From Deltaproteobacteria bacterium (lineage in GTDB: Bacteria; Desulfobacterota; Desulfobacteria; Desulfobacterales; Desulfatirhabdiaceae): a stretch of 46,891 bases of DNA. The notes under the pieces were generated by a model, which saw nothing but the letters and a program-made list of their open reading frames with translations, searched no databases and had not been told where the DNA came from. Below, one piece after another: positions 19,738-31,599 of the stretch (position 1 is its first letter; each line of letters starts with the position of its first letter). The stretch is from NCBI GenBank assembly GCA_021778975.1, contig JAJYBO010000001.1:1-46891 (forward strand). The letters are read 5' to 3'. Position numbers and translations under genes: made by a program.

Positions 19738-19986
19738 TCACTCCGCTTTTCGACGCCATATCAGTGAAAACATGCCGATACCCATCCATATTCCGTTGAC
19801 AGTCACCGATGGATACGCCCCATAATACATGGAATTTACCATCAGAAAACCAGCCCCCAGCAAATTGAGTGTCTGATAACAGACGGCGTCTCCCTTCAGT
19901 TTGTCTGTGGAAAGCAGCGCATAAGCCATCAACAGGCATACAGCCCCCGCCCATCCCAGAATATCGGCGATCCACTTCAATATCAT
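19738..19986 (-). CDS. Small integral membrane protein (82 aa, three predicted TM helices)
   Basis: ILGWAGAVCLLMAYALL, LNLLGAGFLMVNSMYY and GIWMGIGMFSLIW are hydrophobic spans. No functional motif was recognised. Confidence 0.45.
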   Translation of the reverse strand: MILKWIADILGWAGAVCLLMAYALLSTDKLKGDAVCYQTLNLLGAGFLMVNSMYYGAYPSVTVNGIWMGIGMFSLIWRRKAE

Positions 19987-20015
19987 TGTAATTTCAGGAT
20001 ATGCCCCATCTGTTA

Positions 20016-21344
20016 TTATCCATTTTTCAAAGCGCCCTGGTTCTGGTCAGGCACAATATCCGAGCATTTGATTTTATGGAATTTTTTCTTACCGGAACTC
20101 AGAAGTATTTCACCGTCATGCAAATCCCGATCGCTTATCATGTAATCTACAGACGTCACCCGAACGCCATTGACATAGGCGCCGCCCTGTTCGATAAGCC
20201 GCCTTGCAGCGCCTCCGGACGCGGTCAGCCCGGAATTGAAAAACAATTTAAAAACCGGAACCCCCTGTTCAAGATCGCCGCAGCTTACAAATGAATGCGG
20301 CACGGACTGATCGTCTTGCTGAACGTCTCTTCGGGGAATATTGCTCGATGGCAGAATGTGATCGGAAATGACTCGCGCGCCAAAAACACCTGCCGACGCC
20401 CGATATGCCTTGATCGCTTCTTCAATTCCATGCGCCAGACTTGTGGCCTCGAACGCCAGTACGGCTTTGGCGCAGTTGATGTCCGCGTCCTTGAGATTTT
20501 CGGTTGTCGCGATTTCATTCACCGGCAAAAACGTAAAAAGCCTTAAAAACCGGGCGACATCGGCATCATCGGTATTGATCCAGAACTGAAAATATTCATA
20601 TGGCGTCGTTCTTTCCGGATCCAGCCATACCGCGCCCCTGGCCGTTTTTCCCATTTTAGCGCCCGTACTGGTCGTAATCAATGGAAATGTGATACCAAAA
20701 GCCGTTTTCTGCCTCAGACGCCGGATCAGGTCAATACCGGCCACAATGTTGCCCCACTGGTCGCTGCCACCCATCTGAAGCAGGCACCCCGTTCGATCGA
20801 ATAGCTCCAGATAGTCATATGCCTGAAGCAGCATGTAATTGAATTCTATGAAATTGAGACCATCTTCAGCTTCGAGTCTCATGCGATAGCTTTCCGATTT
20901 TATCATGCGATTGACGGAAAAATGTTTTCCGATATCTCTCAAAAAAGGAATATACTTCAGCTCGGAAAGCCAGTCCGCATTGTTCAGAAGTTGTGATTTA
21001 CCATCGCTGAAATCGAGAAACCGGGAAAGCTGATGCTTGATACCCACCACATTGTCATCAACCTGCGCCTTCGTCAACAATTGCCGGGTTTCTGTTTTTC
21101 CGCTGGGATCTCCCACCAGGCCGGTGCCACCGCCCACCAGCGCAACGGGTCTGTGGCCGTGTCGCTGCATGTGCGCCAGCGACATGATCGGCACCAGACT
21201 CCCCACATGCAGGCTTGACGCCGTCGGATCGAAACCGATATAACAGGCGACACTGCCACTTTCCAGATAATTGAAAAGCTCGCTATCATGCGTTGTTTGT
21301 TCGATAAACCCTCTTTCTCTCAGAACTTCGATGATATTTTTCAT
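20016..21344 (-). CDS. tyrS: Tyrosine--tRNA ligase
   Basis: 442 aa. CYIGFDPTASSLHVGSL is the HIGH region and KMGKTARG is the KMSKS variant. There is a C-terminal S4-like domain (RRLIEQGGAYVNG). Confidence 0.95.
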   Translation of the reverse strand: MKNIIEVLRERGFIEQTTHDSELFNYLESGSVACYIGFDPTASSLHVGSLVPIMSLAHMQRHGHRPVALVGGGTGLVGDPSGKTETRQLLTKAQVDDNVVGIKHQLSRFLDFSDGKSQLLNNADWLSELKYIPFLRDIGKHFSVNRMIKSESYRMRLEAEDGLNFIEFNYMLLQAYDYLELFDRTGCLLQMGGSDQWGNIVAGIDLIRRLRQKTAFGITFPLITTSTGAKMGKTARGAVWLDPERTTPYEYFQFWINTDDADVARFLRLFTFLPVNEIATTENLKDADINCAKAVLAFEATSLAHGIEEAIKAYRASAGVFGARVISDHILPSSNIPRRDVQQDDQSVPHSFVSCGDLEQGVPVFKLFFNSGLTASGGAARRLIEQGGAYVNGVRVTSVDYMISDRDLHDGEILLSSGKKKFHKIKCSDIVPDQNQGALKNG

Positions 21345-21356
21345 GATTTTGAAATC

Positions 21357-22919
21357 CTATTTATTGGCAAATTCAATAGCTCTGGTTTCTCGAATCACCA
21401 TTACCTTTATTTGTCCCGGAAAGGTCAACATTTCTTCAATTTTCTTCACAATATCCCTGCTGAGCAGCGTTGTTTCCTCGTCGGAAATGATATCGCTCTC
21501 AACGATCACTCGCAGTTCCCTGCCAGCCTGTATCGCATATGAATTGGACACGCCATGAAAAGAATTGGCGATTTTTTCGAGATCATCAAGCCGTTTGACG
21601 TAATTTTCAAGCAATTCTTTACGCGCGCCAGGCCGGGCCCCTGAAAGGCCATCGGCAGCCTGCACCAGAAACGCATACACCGTGCTGGGAGGCACATCTT
21701 CATGATGCGCGGCGATCGCGTGAACCACTTTGGGAGACTCACCGAATTTCTTGGCCAGTTTTGAGCCGATAATTGCATGCGGCCCTTCGACTTCGTGATC
21801 TATGGCCTTGCCCAAATCATGAAGCAGCCCCATTCTTCGGGCCAGTTTGGAATTCAACCCCAGCTCGGATGCCATGATCCCACAAAGAAAACCGACCTCT
21901 ACCGAATGCTGAAGAACATTTTGCGCATAACTTGTCCTGAATTTAAGACTTCCAATATATTTAACAAGTTCCGGATGAATGCCATGCACTCCCAGATCGA
22001 AAGCGGCCTGTTCTCCCGCTTCTTTTATAGTCACATCCACTTCCTGCGTGACTTTTTTAACGACATCCTCGATTCTGGCTGGATGGATCCGTCCATCGGC
22101 GATCAGGCGAATCAGAGAAAGACGCGCCACCTCTCGTCGCACGGGATTGAACCCGGATAAAATGACCGCTTCAGGAGTATCGTCAATAATGAGATCAATT
22201 CCTGTCGCCGCCTCGAGAGCCCGGATATTGCGACCTTCTCTGCCAATGATACGCCCTTTCATTTCATCACCCGGAAGCGCTACCACCGACACAGTTCTTT
22301 CAGCAACAAAATCACCCGAATACCTCTGGATGGCCGTGGAAATTATTTTCTTGGCCTTTTTATCCGCTTCTTCCAGCGTTTCGGCCTCAATTCGTTTGAT
22401 GAGCCTTGCGCCTTCGTATCGAGCTTCGTTTTCCATGGCACGGATCAACAAATCTTTGGCCTGCTCGCAAGAAAGACAGGATATTCTTTCGAGCATTTTT
22501 TTCTGATCTTCGATGAGGCCTTTATATTCGATATCCTTTTTTTCGATCTGTTCTTCCAGTTCCAGCAGGGCTTTCTCTTTTTTGAAGGCATCCTGTTCCC
22601 GCCGTTCTACCTGTTCAATTTTTCGATCTATATTTTCTTCTTTCTGAATCAGCCAATTTTCCTTCTTTTTCAGTTCGGAACGTATCTCTCGGGTATCAGA
22701 ATCAACTTCGCTTTTCATCCTGAAAATGACATCTTTCGCCTCGATTTGCGCCTCTTTAACCAGCGTGTCCGCACGATGCCGCGCATCCTGATATATCCGG
22801 GCGGATTCGGCTTCAGCATCGGCAATCCTGTCTTTCAGGCTTTTGAGCTTCATCCAGTATGCAACCGCAAACCCCGCGCCGAAACCGATAATACTCAACA
22901 ATACTGCATATTCATTCAT
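21357..22919 (-). CDS. rny: Ribonuclease Y
   Basis: 520 aa. It has an N-terminal TM helix, a long coiled coil, a KH domain (IGREGRNIRALE) and an HD domain (LLHDLGKA...AAHH). Confidence 0.95.
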   Translation of the reverse strand: MNEYAVLLSIIGFGAGFAVAYWMKLKSLKDRIADAEAESARIYQDARHRADTLVKEAQIEAKDVIFRMKSEVDSDTREIRSELKKKENWLIQKEENIDRKIEQVERREQDAFKKEKALLELEEQIEKKDIEYKGLIEDQKKMLERISCLSCEQAKDLLIRAMENEARYEGARLIKRIEAETLEEADKKAKKIISTAIQRYSGDFVAERTVSVVALPGDEMKGRIIGREGRNIRALEAATGIDLIIDDTPEAVILSGFNPVRREVARLSLIRLIADGRIHPARIEDVVKKVTQEVDVTIKEAGEQAAFDLGVHGIHPELVKYIGSLKFRTSYAQNVLQHSVEVGFLCGIMASELGLNSKLARRMGLLHDLGKAIDHEVEGPHAIIGSKLAKKFGESPKVVHAIAAHHEDVPPSTVYAFLVQAADGLSGARPGARKELLENYVKRLDDLEKIANSFHGVSNSYAIQAGRELRVIVESDIISDEETTLLSRDIVKKIEEMLTFPGQIKVMVIRETRAIEFANK

Positions 22920-23169
22920 TCATTATCTCCTGGAGTGTCATCCGTGTATCGGCCCAATACCGGTCCGACACGGGATGGATTCATGATAACAATCACAATG
23001 ATGGATTCGCCAAGAAAGCGTAAGATTCGACAGGAAAAATACAGAGATTGATTCTGCAAACCCATCGAACATATCGAGGAAAGACAGTGAAGAAAAAGAC
23101 GATGACAGGAAATGGATGGAATGAAAACGGATTCAGGATTTACGCCCTACCCCTAAAAATTTAGAAAAC

Positions 23170-23365
23170 CAGCATATAAGCCCCCACCACTGTGCCGTTT
23201 TGTAAGGCCTTTGAGCCAAACGTGGAAATTTGGGACGTGTGTGATTTTTTCAGGCTTTTCTGTACGAGCAGAACTTGCACACCAAAATCAGGTAAGCCCC
23301 TGTTCAATTAATGTTGGGACAAAGGACATCTTCCAGTAACGAACACGGCAGGGGCTTATATACCG
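23170..23365 (-). ncRNA. ssrS: Candidate 6S RNA (boundaries approximate)
   Basis: A ~190-nt non-coding stretch lies downstream of zapA on the same strand; E. coli has the zapA-ssrS arrangement. The ends pair: UAUAAGCCCC (23360..23351) with GGGGCUUAUA (23184..23175), which is 10 bp. After a 7-nt bulge, UGCCGU pairs with ACGGCA, and CCUUUG pairs with CAAAGG further in. No covariance-model search was possible. Confidence 0.4.
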
Positions 23366-23389
23366 GAATAAGCAACCACCAAATCAATA

Positions 23390-23542
23390 TTGACGGCTTC
23401 GTAAAAAGTCCGGATGCTGCGTTGCGCTGCATCCTTCGTCGTTGCGGCGTACCATAAGTACGCCTCACTCCTCAGGATTTGCGCGCCTTGCCTGCGGCCT
23501 TTTTACAAAGTCGTCCGAAATTCGACTTTTTACGAGAACATC
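23390..23542 (+). repeat. Intergenic structured repeat, copy 4, full length
   Basis: ttgacggcttcgtaaaaagtccggatgctgcgttgcgctgcatccttcgtcgttgcggcgtaccataagtacgcctcactcc...tttttacaaagtcgtccgaaattcgactttttacgagaacatc. It lies between the zapA stop and the 6S candidate. Confidence 0.9.
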
Positions 23543-23586
23543 AATATTTACGACTTCACAAAAATATCACAAAATTTATAAGTGGA

Positions 23587-23901
23587 TCAGTTCCCCATCA
23601 AGTCCATATGCAGCGCAATGTAACTATCGAGACGACGAATCAGTTGCGCGGAACGATTGCTAACAGCCGATAACTGAGTTTGACAGTTACCCCTCAGGGT
23701 TACATTATCAAGAGCTATATTCAATGCCGCTATAAGCAGCACGACGAATTTATTGGCATGTACAGACCGCTCCTGTTGCGCCTCCACTTTTTCGATCTCA
23801 CCAAGCAAGACCCCCGCAACTTCTTGACCGCTCAGCCTGTCGGTGTCAAACCTGAACTTGTAGGTTTGATTAAAAAGTGTTATAGACAAAAAATCTTCCA
23901 A
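23587..23901 (-). CDS. zapA: Cell division protein ZapA
   Basis: 104 aa with a TTG start preceded by AAGGTGG. ITLFNQTYKFRFDTD...LLIAALNIA followed by a C-terminal helix matches the ZapA layout. Position next to a ZapB-like coiled-coil gene and upstream of rny supports the call. Confidence 0.65.
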   Translation of the reverse strand: MEDFLSITLFNQTYKFRFDTDRLSGQEVAGVLLGEIEKVEAQQERSVHANKFVVLLIAALNIALDNVTLRGNCQTQLSAVSNRSAQLIRRLDSYIALHMDLMGN

Positions 23902-24014
23902 AAGAAAATTACCACCTTATATAGTTTTTAGATTTAAGATCACAGGCAACAACCAGTTAAAGAAACGTATCTTTCCCTCACCAATGGCTTCCTAAAATCG
24001 TTATCTTAAACTCT

Positions 24015-24034
24015 ATATCAAACAAGTTTGATAT
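24015..24034. promoter_or_regulatory. Perfect 20-bp palindrome ATATCAAAC-AA-GTTTGATAT in the zapB-like/zapA spacer
   Basis: Read directly. The arms are 9 bp with a 2-nt centre, which is too tight for an RNA hairpin and so looks more like a dimeric protein-binding site. Confidence 0.35.
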
Positions 24035-24084
24035 TTTCGTAAACAAACTTAATGTTAGACAATGTCGTAAAAACGGCTGCATGC

Positions 24085-24140
24085 AAAAAGCGTAACTTCT
24101 TCATCGTTGATATCTTACAACATGCCCCAACGATGAAGAA
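24085..24140 (-). terminator. Possible terminator hairpin downstream of the zapB-like gene
   Basis: On the minus strand, TTCTTCATCGTTG-17 nt-CAACGATGAAGAA forms a 13-bp stem followed by GTTACGCTTTTT. The U-run is offset from the stem by 7 nt. Confidence 0.35.
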
Positions 24141-24180
24141 TACCAGTAGCGAATAAAACACTTTATGAAATCGTCAATTT

Positions 24181-24444
24181 TCACGGCAATGGATTTGAAT
24201 TACTGGCGGTCATCTTCTCGAGTTTTTCCAGAATCGTCTCGATTTTCGACTGCACCAACAGTTTTTCATCCGTCAAATTCGTAATTGTTTCGTCTTTGAT
24301 TTTCAGCTCGCTCTCAAGGCTGGAGACCATATTACGAAGTTCCATATTGGCCGATTCGAGAGATCGGCAAATACCAATCAGGCATTCAACCTTATTTTCT
24401 ATTTCGTCAAATTGCTGAATTAACTGCATCTCATTTTCCACCAT
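24181..24444 (-). CDS. ZapB-like coiled-coil protein
   Basis: 87 aa with heptad-rich sequence (IENKVECLIGICRSLESANMELRNMVSSLESELKIKDETITNLTDEKLLVQSKIETILEKLE). It lies immediately upstream of zapA. Confidence 0.45.
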   Translation of the reverse strand: MVENEMQLIQQFDEIENKVECLIGICRSLESANMELRNMVSSLESELKIKDETITNLTDEKLLVQSKIETILEKLEKMTASNSNPLP

Positions 24445-24484
24445 CTCACCTCGCTTTTTATATACTCATGGAAACTCATGGTTG

Positions 24485-25243
24485 TCAAGATTTTGTTTGG
24501 TGAAGCATCTGAATCTCCGCGGCTTTCAAGTCTTCCAGAGAATTGACACCCATCGTTTCAAGCGGATCATCTGCAATCAGCGCTCCGATTTTCCTGCCCT
24601 GCCGATATCCAATACCTACAATATCCGTCAAATACATCTCGTTCTGTGCATTTCGGGTATTCAAAGACCCAAGTGACTCATTTAAGAATTGTCTGTTTAC
24701 ACAATATATACCGGCATTGACAACATTAATTTTTCGCTGTTCTGAAGTTGCATCCGCTTCTTCGACAATTTCTGTTACACATTGATCCATGTTCATCAGC
24801 AATCTGCCATAACCTGTCGGATCCGGCATCTCTACAGCCAGAATCGTAATATCGTTTTGTTTATTGTGGTGATATTGAAAAAGCATATCAAGCGTTGATG
24901 CCTGAATCAATGGTGTATCTCCACACAAAATAATGACATTTTCAACAGTCTCATTCAAAAATGGCATGGCGCAGGAAACAGCATGACCGGTTCCCAATTG
25001 CTGGGTCTGATGCACATAATGAACATCGAAATACTGGTTCATGGACGTCTGCACCTGCTCTGATTGAAAACCGACAATGACATGGATATTGCGATCCGTC
25101 AGCTTTCTGGCGGCATCAATAACGTAATACAGCATTGGTTTTCCGGCAATTTGATGCAATACTTTCGCCATTTGCGATTTCATACGCTTCCCTAAACCAG
25201 CCGCCAAAATTATTACAGCCAGTGTCTGAGGCATATTCTTCAT
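24485..25243 (-). CDS. glmU: UDP-N-acetylglucosamine pyrophosphorylase domain protein (GlmU N-terminal domain only; no LbH acetyltransferase domain)
   Basis: 252 aa. AVIILAAGLGKRMKSQMAKVLHQIAGKPML, QLGTGHAV, LCGDTPLI, DPTGYGRL, NAGIYC and EMYLTDIV are collinear with E. coli GlmU residues ~1-250. The ORF stops in the linker helix. The atpC-glmU synteny matches E. coli. Confidence 0.75.
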   Translation of the reverse strand: MKNMPQTLAVIILAAGLGKRMKSQMAKVLHQIAGKPMLYYVIDAARKLTDRNIHVIVGFQSEQVQTSMNQYFDVHYVHQTQQLGTGHAVSCAMPFLNETVENVIILCGDTPLIQASTLDMLFQYHHNKQNDITILAVEMPDPTGYGRLLMNMDQCVTEIVEEADATSEQRKINVVNAGIYCVNRQFLNESLGSLNTRNAQNEMYLTDIVGIGYRQGRKIGALIADDPLETMGVNSLEDLKAAEIQMLHQTKS

Positions 25244-25274
25244 ATTTCACCACGTTATAAAGACCGTCGTAAAT

Positions 25275-25429
25275 GATGATGACTTCGTAAAAAGTCGAAT
25301 TTCAGACGGCTTTTTAAAAAAGGCCGCGGGCAAGGCGCGCAAATCCGCAAGGCGTGAGGCGTACTTATGGTGCGCCGCAACGATGAATGCAGCGCAACGC
25401 AGCATCCGGACTTTTTACGAAGCCGTCAA
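25275..25429 (-). repeat. Intergenic structured repeat, copy 5, full length, inverted orientation
   Basis: gatgacttcgtaaaaagtcgaatttcagacgg...ggcgtgaggcgtacttatggtgcgccgcaacgatgaatgcagcgcaacgcagcatccggactttttacgaagccgtcaa is the reverse complement of the copy 1-4 consensus. It lies between the atpC terminator and glmU. Confidence 0.9.
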
Positions 25430-25443
25430 TGATGCAACAAAAC

Positions 25444-25478
25444 AATAAAAAAGGCAGACCACCTCGGTGATCTGCCTT
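25444..25478 (-). terminator. Rho-independent terminator of the atp operon
   Basis: Minus strand: AAAGGCAGATCACCGAGGTGGTCTGCCTTTTTTATTG. A GC-rich hairpin is followed by a U-run, 37 nt after the atpC stop. Confidence 0.75.
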
Positions 25479-25514
25479 TCATTATACAACACAGCGAGTT
25501 AAAACAAAAGCGGG

Positions 25515-25928
25515 TTATCTAAGGGTTTCGGCCAGTTTCACACGATACAGGGCCCTGTCAAGGGCGGCTTTGGCTCTCACAAAGTCAATATCTTCCTTTG
25601 CCTTTCCCTCGATTCTGCTCATAGCTCGTTCGTAAGCGGCTTTCGCACGGCTGACATCAATATCTCGCCGACGTTCCGCCGATTGCGCCAGAACAGTTAC
25701 CCGATCCGGAAGGGCTTCCGCAAAACCGCCACTGACAAACACAAAACGTTCGACACCTTTGGCATCTTTATAGCGGATCACGCCCAGTTTTAATGTTGTT
25801 AAAAACGGTGTATGGCCAATGAGCACACCAAACTCTCCAAGTGTACCCGGAGCGATTACAATCTGCGCTTCTTCACTGACAACAGATTTCTCTGGAGTAA
25901 CAACTTCAAGTTTTATATTTCCAGCCAT
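25515..25928 (-). CDS. atpC: F1 ATP synthase epsilon subunit
   Basis: 137 aa. LEVVTPEK...GEFGVL.GH.P..T.L..G matches the epsilon subunit, and it is the last gene of the atp operon. Confidence 0.9.
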   Translation of the reverse strand: MAGNIKLEVVTPEKSVVSEEAQIVIAPGTLGEFGVLIGHTPFLTTLKLGVIRYKDAKGVERFVFVSGGFAEALPDRVTVLAQSAERRRDIDVSRAKAAYERAMSRIEGKAKEDIDFVRAKAALDRALYRVKLAETLR

Positions 25929-25948
25929 TCGTTTGTCCTCAAACTAGA

Positions 25949-27406
<1,458 letters not shown>

Positions 27407-28300
27407 TTAACCTTTGAGAGCTTCCGCGCCGCCGACAATATCCATAAGGTCCGCGGTAATCGCCGCCTGTCTTGCCTTGTTGTAAGCAAGCGTCAGACTT
27501 CCGATCATATCGTTGCACGCGGTTGTGGCGTTTTCCATAGCCATCATTCTGGCAGCATGCTCGCTGGTAGATGTTTCCAAAAAAGCCCTGTGTAACTGAA
27601 CATATACATTCATCGGCAACAATTCGCCCAAGAGACCAGCAGGTGACGGCTCGCAGATATGTTCGGCCTGGTAGGGCTTGTCCGTATCTGCAGAAGGAAC
27701 GGCTTCAGTGTCAAACGGGGTAATGGGCAATATCTTTTCAATAACAGGCACCTGTTTGGACATTGTTTTGAATTCAGAAAAAACAACATAGACTTCGTCG
27801 TAAACACCGGCCAGGAACTGGTCAACCAGCTTGCGACCGGCAGTGGAGGCGACATTGAACCCAATGGTTGTTCCGATGATCCCAACGTGTTCAGCGGCGA
27901 TGGACATTTTGGCCTTTCGGGACCAATCACGCCCCTTCTTCCCAAAATTTGTAATGGAAACATCCATCCCCTTCCCCGTGATATCATTGACAAATTTTTC
28001 CGCTTTGGTGACCAGATTGGTATTGAAACCGCCGCACAACCCTCTATCCGACGTACACAACACGACATGCACCGCTTTGACTTCTTCTCGTGGAACAAGC
28101 AGAGGACTCGTCCCTTCTCCCGCTTTCTGCGACAAACTGGTCAACACTTCGGCAAATTTGTTCGCATAAGGACGAAAGGCCTCCATATTCATCTGCGCCC
28201 CGCGAAGTCTGGAAGCGGCTACCATGTTCATGGCTTTGGTGATTTGTTTGGTTTTCTTGACCGCACTGATCTTGTTTTGAACATCTTTTAGTCTTGCCAT
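27407..28300 (-). CDS. atpG: F1 ATP synthase gamma subunit
   Basis: 297 aa. MARLKDVQNKISAVKKTKQITKAMNMVAASRLR and the C-terminal ITADLMDIVGGAEAL are gamma-subunit motifs. Confidence 0.95.
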   Translation of the reverse strand: MARLKDVQNKISAVKKTKQITKAMNMVAASRLRGAQMNMEAFRPYANKFAEVLTSLSQKAGEGTSPLLVPREEVKAVHVVLCTSDRGLCGGFNTNLVTKAEKFVNDITGKGMDVSITNFGKKGRDWSRKAKMSIAAEHVGIIGTTIGFNVASTAGRKLVDQFLAGVYDEVYVVFSEFKTMSKQVPVIEKILPITPFDTEAVPSADTDKPYQAEHICEPSPAGLLGELLPMNVYVQLHRAFLETSTSEHAARMMAMENATTACNDMIGSLTLAYNKARQAAITADLMDIVGGAEALKG

Positions 28301-28350
28301 ATTGAATCGTCCTTAATATCAGACAGCAGAGATGTTAATATTCACACTCA

Positions 28351-29867
<1,517 letters not shown>

Positions 29868-29868
<1 letters not shown>

Positions 29869-30419
29869 TATACGCTTTCACCCCTCTTTAAAGATTCTCT
29901 CATGTTGAGTAATTGTGTTTTGATGCTGCCATCCAAAACAAGATCCCCAATTTTGGTAACCACCCCACCAATCAGAGACGGGTCCGTTTTAATATCCAAG
30001 ACAATATCTTTGCCTGTTTTCTTTGACAACGCCTTGCGAATCTTCTCGACCGCTTCGGATGAAAGCTCATTGGCCGAAACAATACTGGCACGCGCAACGC
30101 CCTTGAGATCATCCGCCAGTTTCTGATAAAACTCGTTGATTGCGCTTATAAAACCGAATCTTCCTTTGTCGAACAACAGTTTCAAAAACGACGACATCAC
30201 TCCGGAAAGATTCAGTTTGTCAATCAGAGCCGCCAGAACTTTCTTGCGATCACCGGCATTATAGAGCGGATTATTGATGACTTGCTCCAGCACGGACTCA
30301 CGAGACACAAGCCCGGCAACCCCATCCAGTTCCTGCCTGTAGTATTCGGCTTTTCCATCGGTTTTGCCAATCATCAGAAGCGCTTTGGCATATCGCCTTG
30401 CGATAGATAAATTTTTCAC
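29868..30419 (-). CDS. atpH: F1 ATP synthase delta (OSCP) subunit
   Basis: 183 aa. IARRYAKAL at the N-terminus and [20 protein letters not shown] at the C-terminus. Its stop overlaps the atpA start. Confidence 0.9.
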
Positions 30420-31090
30420 GATGCCACCACCTTATCAAGATATTCATCCACCAGCCGGTTTTGATCGTCAGCCGTTATATTTTTTCTGATAATTTCTTCC
30501 GCTCTTATCATCGCAGTTTCAAAAACTTCCTGCTGCAAACGCTGTTTGGCCACCGCGAATTCGTTTTCGATATTGCGCCGGGCCTGTTCTTCCAGCTTAC
30601 GAGCGGACAGCTCCGCCTCTTTGAGAATTCTGGCCTTGGATTCGTTTCCCTGACGCACATACTCCGCCATGATATCTTCGGCTTCTTTAGAAAGTTTCGA
30701 AATTCTGGCATTGTACTCGGCCAGCGTCTTTTCGGCATCGGACTTTCTGGCCTCAAGATCGTCGAGCTGCGCCCGAATCCCGTCTATTCTGCCGCTCAGA
30801 GCTTTGACCAGCGGTTTTTTGAGCAAAAAGATCAGCGCCGCCGCCAACACTGCAAAATTCATCACCCGATAGGTATCAGTCGCCGCCCATCCCTTTGCTT
30901 CAGCACCGCCATGACCTTCACCGCCGCCCCCCCCGCCCTTCACTTCGGCACTTGCATGCCCTTCAGCACCATGACCGCCTTCACCACCCGATGCAGCAAA
31001 CGATAAGCCTCCCCACAACAACCCCCCCAGCAACAATATCAACACCGCGATATGCCGCCCATTATTCCTGCTTCCCGGAATTTTCATCAA
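30416..31090 (-). CDS. atpF: Fo ATP synthase subunit b with N-terminal signal-like segment and Gly/His/Glu-rich extension
   Basis: 224 aa. A TM helix (VMNFAVLAAALIFLLKK) and a long charged helix are typical of subunit b. They are preceded by a ~70-aa extension, IAVLILLLGGLLWGGLSFAASGGEGGHGAEGHASAEVKGGGGGGEGHGGAEAKG. Confidence 0.85.
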   Translation of the reverse strand: MMKIPGSRNNGRHIAVLILLLGGLLWGGLSFAASGGEGGHGAEGHASAEVKGGGGGGEGHGGAEAKGWAATDTYRVMNFAVLAAALIFLLKKPLVKALSGRIDGIRAQLDDLEARKSDAEKTLAEYNARISKLSKEAEDIMAEYVRQGNESKARILKEAELSARKLEEQARRNIENEFAVAKQRLQQEVFETAMIRAEEIIRKNITADDQNRLVDEYLDKVVAS

Positions 31091-31512
31091 ACAGCCCTCC
31101 CCAGTATTTTTTGACTTATAGCGGTTATAAACGTATCAAGTTCTTTTTGAAGGGAAACGCGGACAGCCTCTGTTTCTTTTACTATTTTATCTCGGGCCGA
31201 CAACAATTCAGCCTGTGCTTTTTTATTGATATTTTCAATGATCGCTCTTTCTTCTTCGGCGCCAGCGAACAGCATTGCCTGTTTTTCTTTGAGACCGCTG
31301 GATCTGGCTTCTTTAATGCCCGCGGCAAAGGCGTCCTCTTTTTCTTGAGATTGAGAAATGAAGTCTGAAATACTGCGCTCCAAACCTGATATCTTCTCTT
31401 TTCGTTGAATCAGGACCTTCCGTATGGGCTTATACAAAATGACGTTCATCACCCAAATCAGAAAAATAAAATTGGCAATCTGAATTACAACCGACCCATC
31501 AACACTAATCAT
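31087..31512 (-). CDS. Fo ATP synthase subunit b' (second b-type subunit)
   Basis: 141 aa. A single N-terminal TM helix (VVIQIANFIFLIWVMNVILYKPI) precedes a long amphipathic helix. It overlaps the atpF start by 4 nt. Confidence 0.75.
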   Translation of the reverse strand: MISVDGSVVIQIANFIFLIWVMNVILYKPIRKVLIQRKEKISGLERSISDFISQSQEKEDAFAAGIKEARSSGLKEKQAMLFAGAEEERAIIENINKKAQAELLSARDKIVKETEAVRVSLQKELDTFITAISQKILGRAV

Positions 31513-31599
31513 ACGCGCACCCTCCGTCCATGTGAATTACAGTTTGTGAACAGCGATAAATATCTATTGATTATTGCTTATCATGATTTGGACTTGCGG

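Noticed and set aside
20016-20070. C-terminal ~17-residue extension of TyrS (CSDIVPDQNQGALKNG), checked for repeat-element origin like the uvrA tail.
   Set aside because: The sequence does not match the repeat family. Modest C-terminal variation is common in TyrS.
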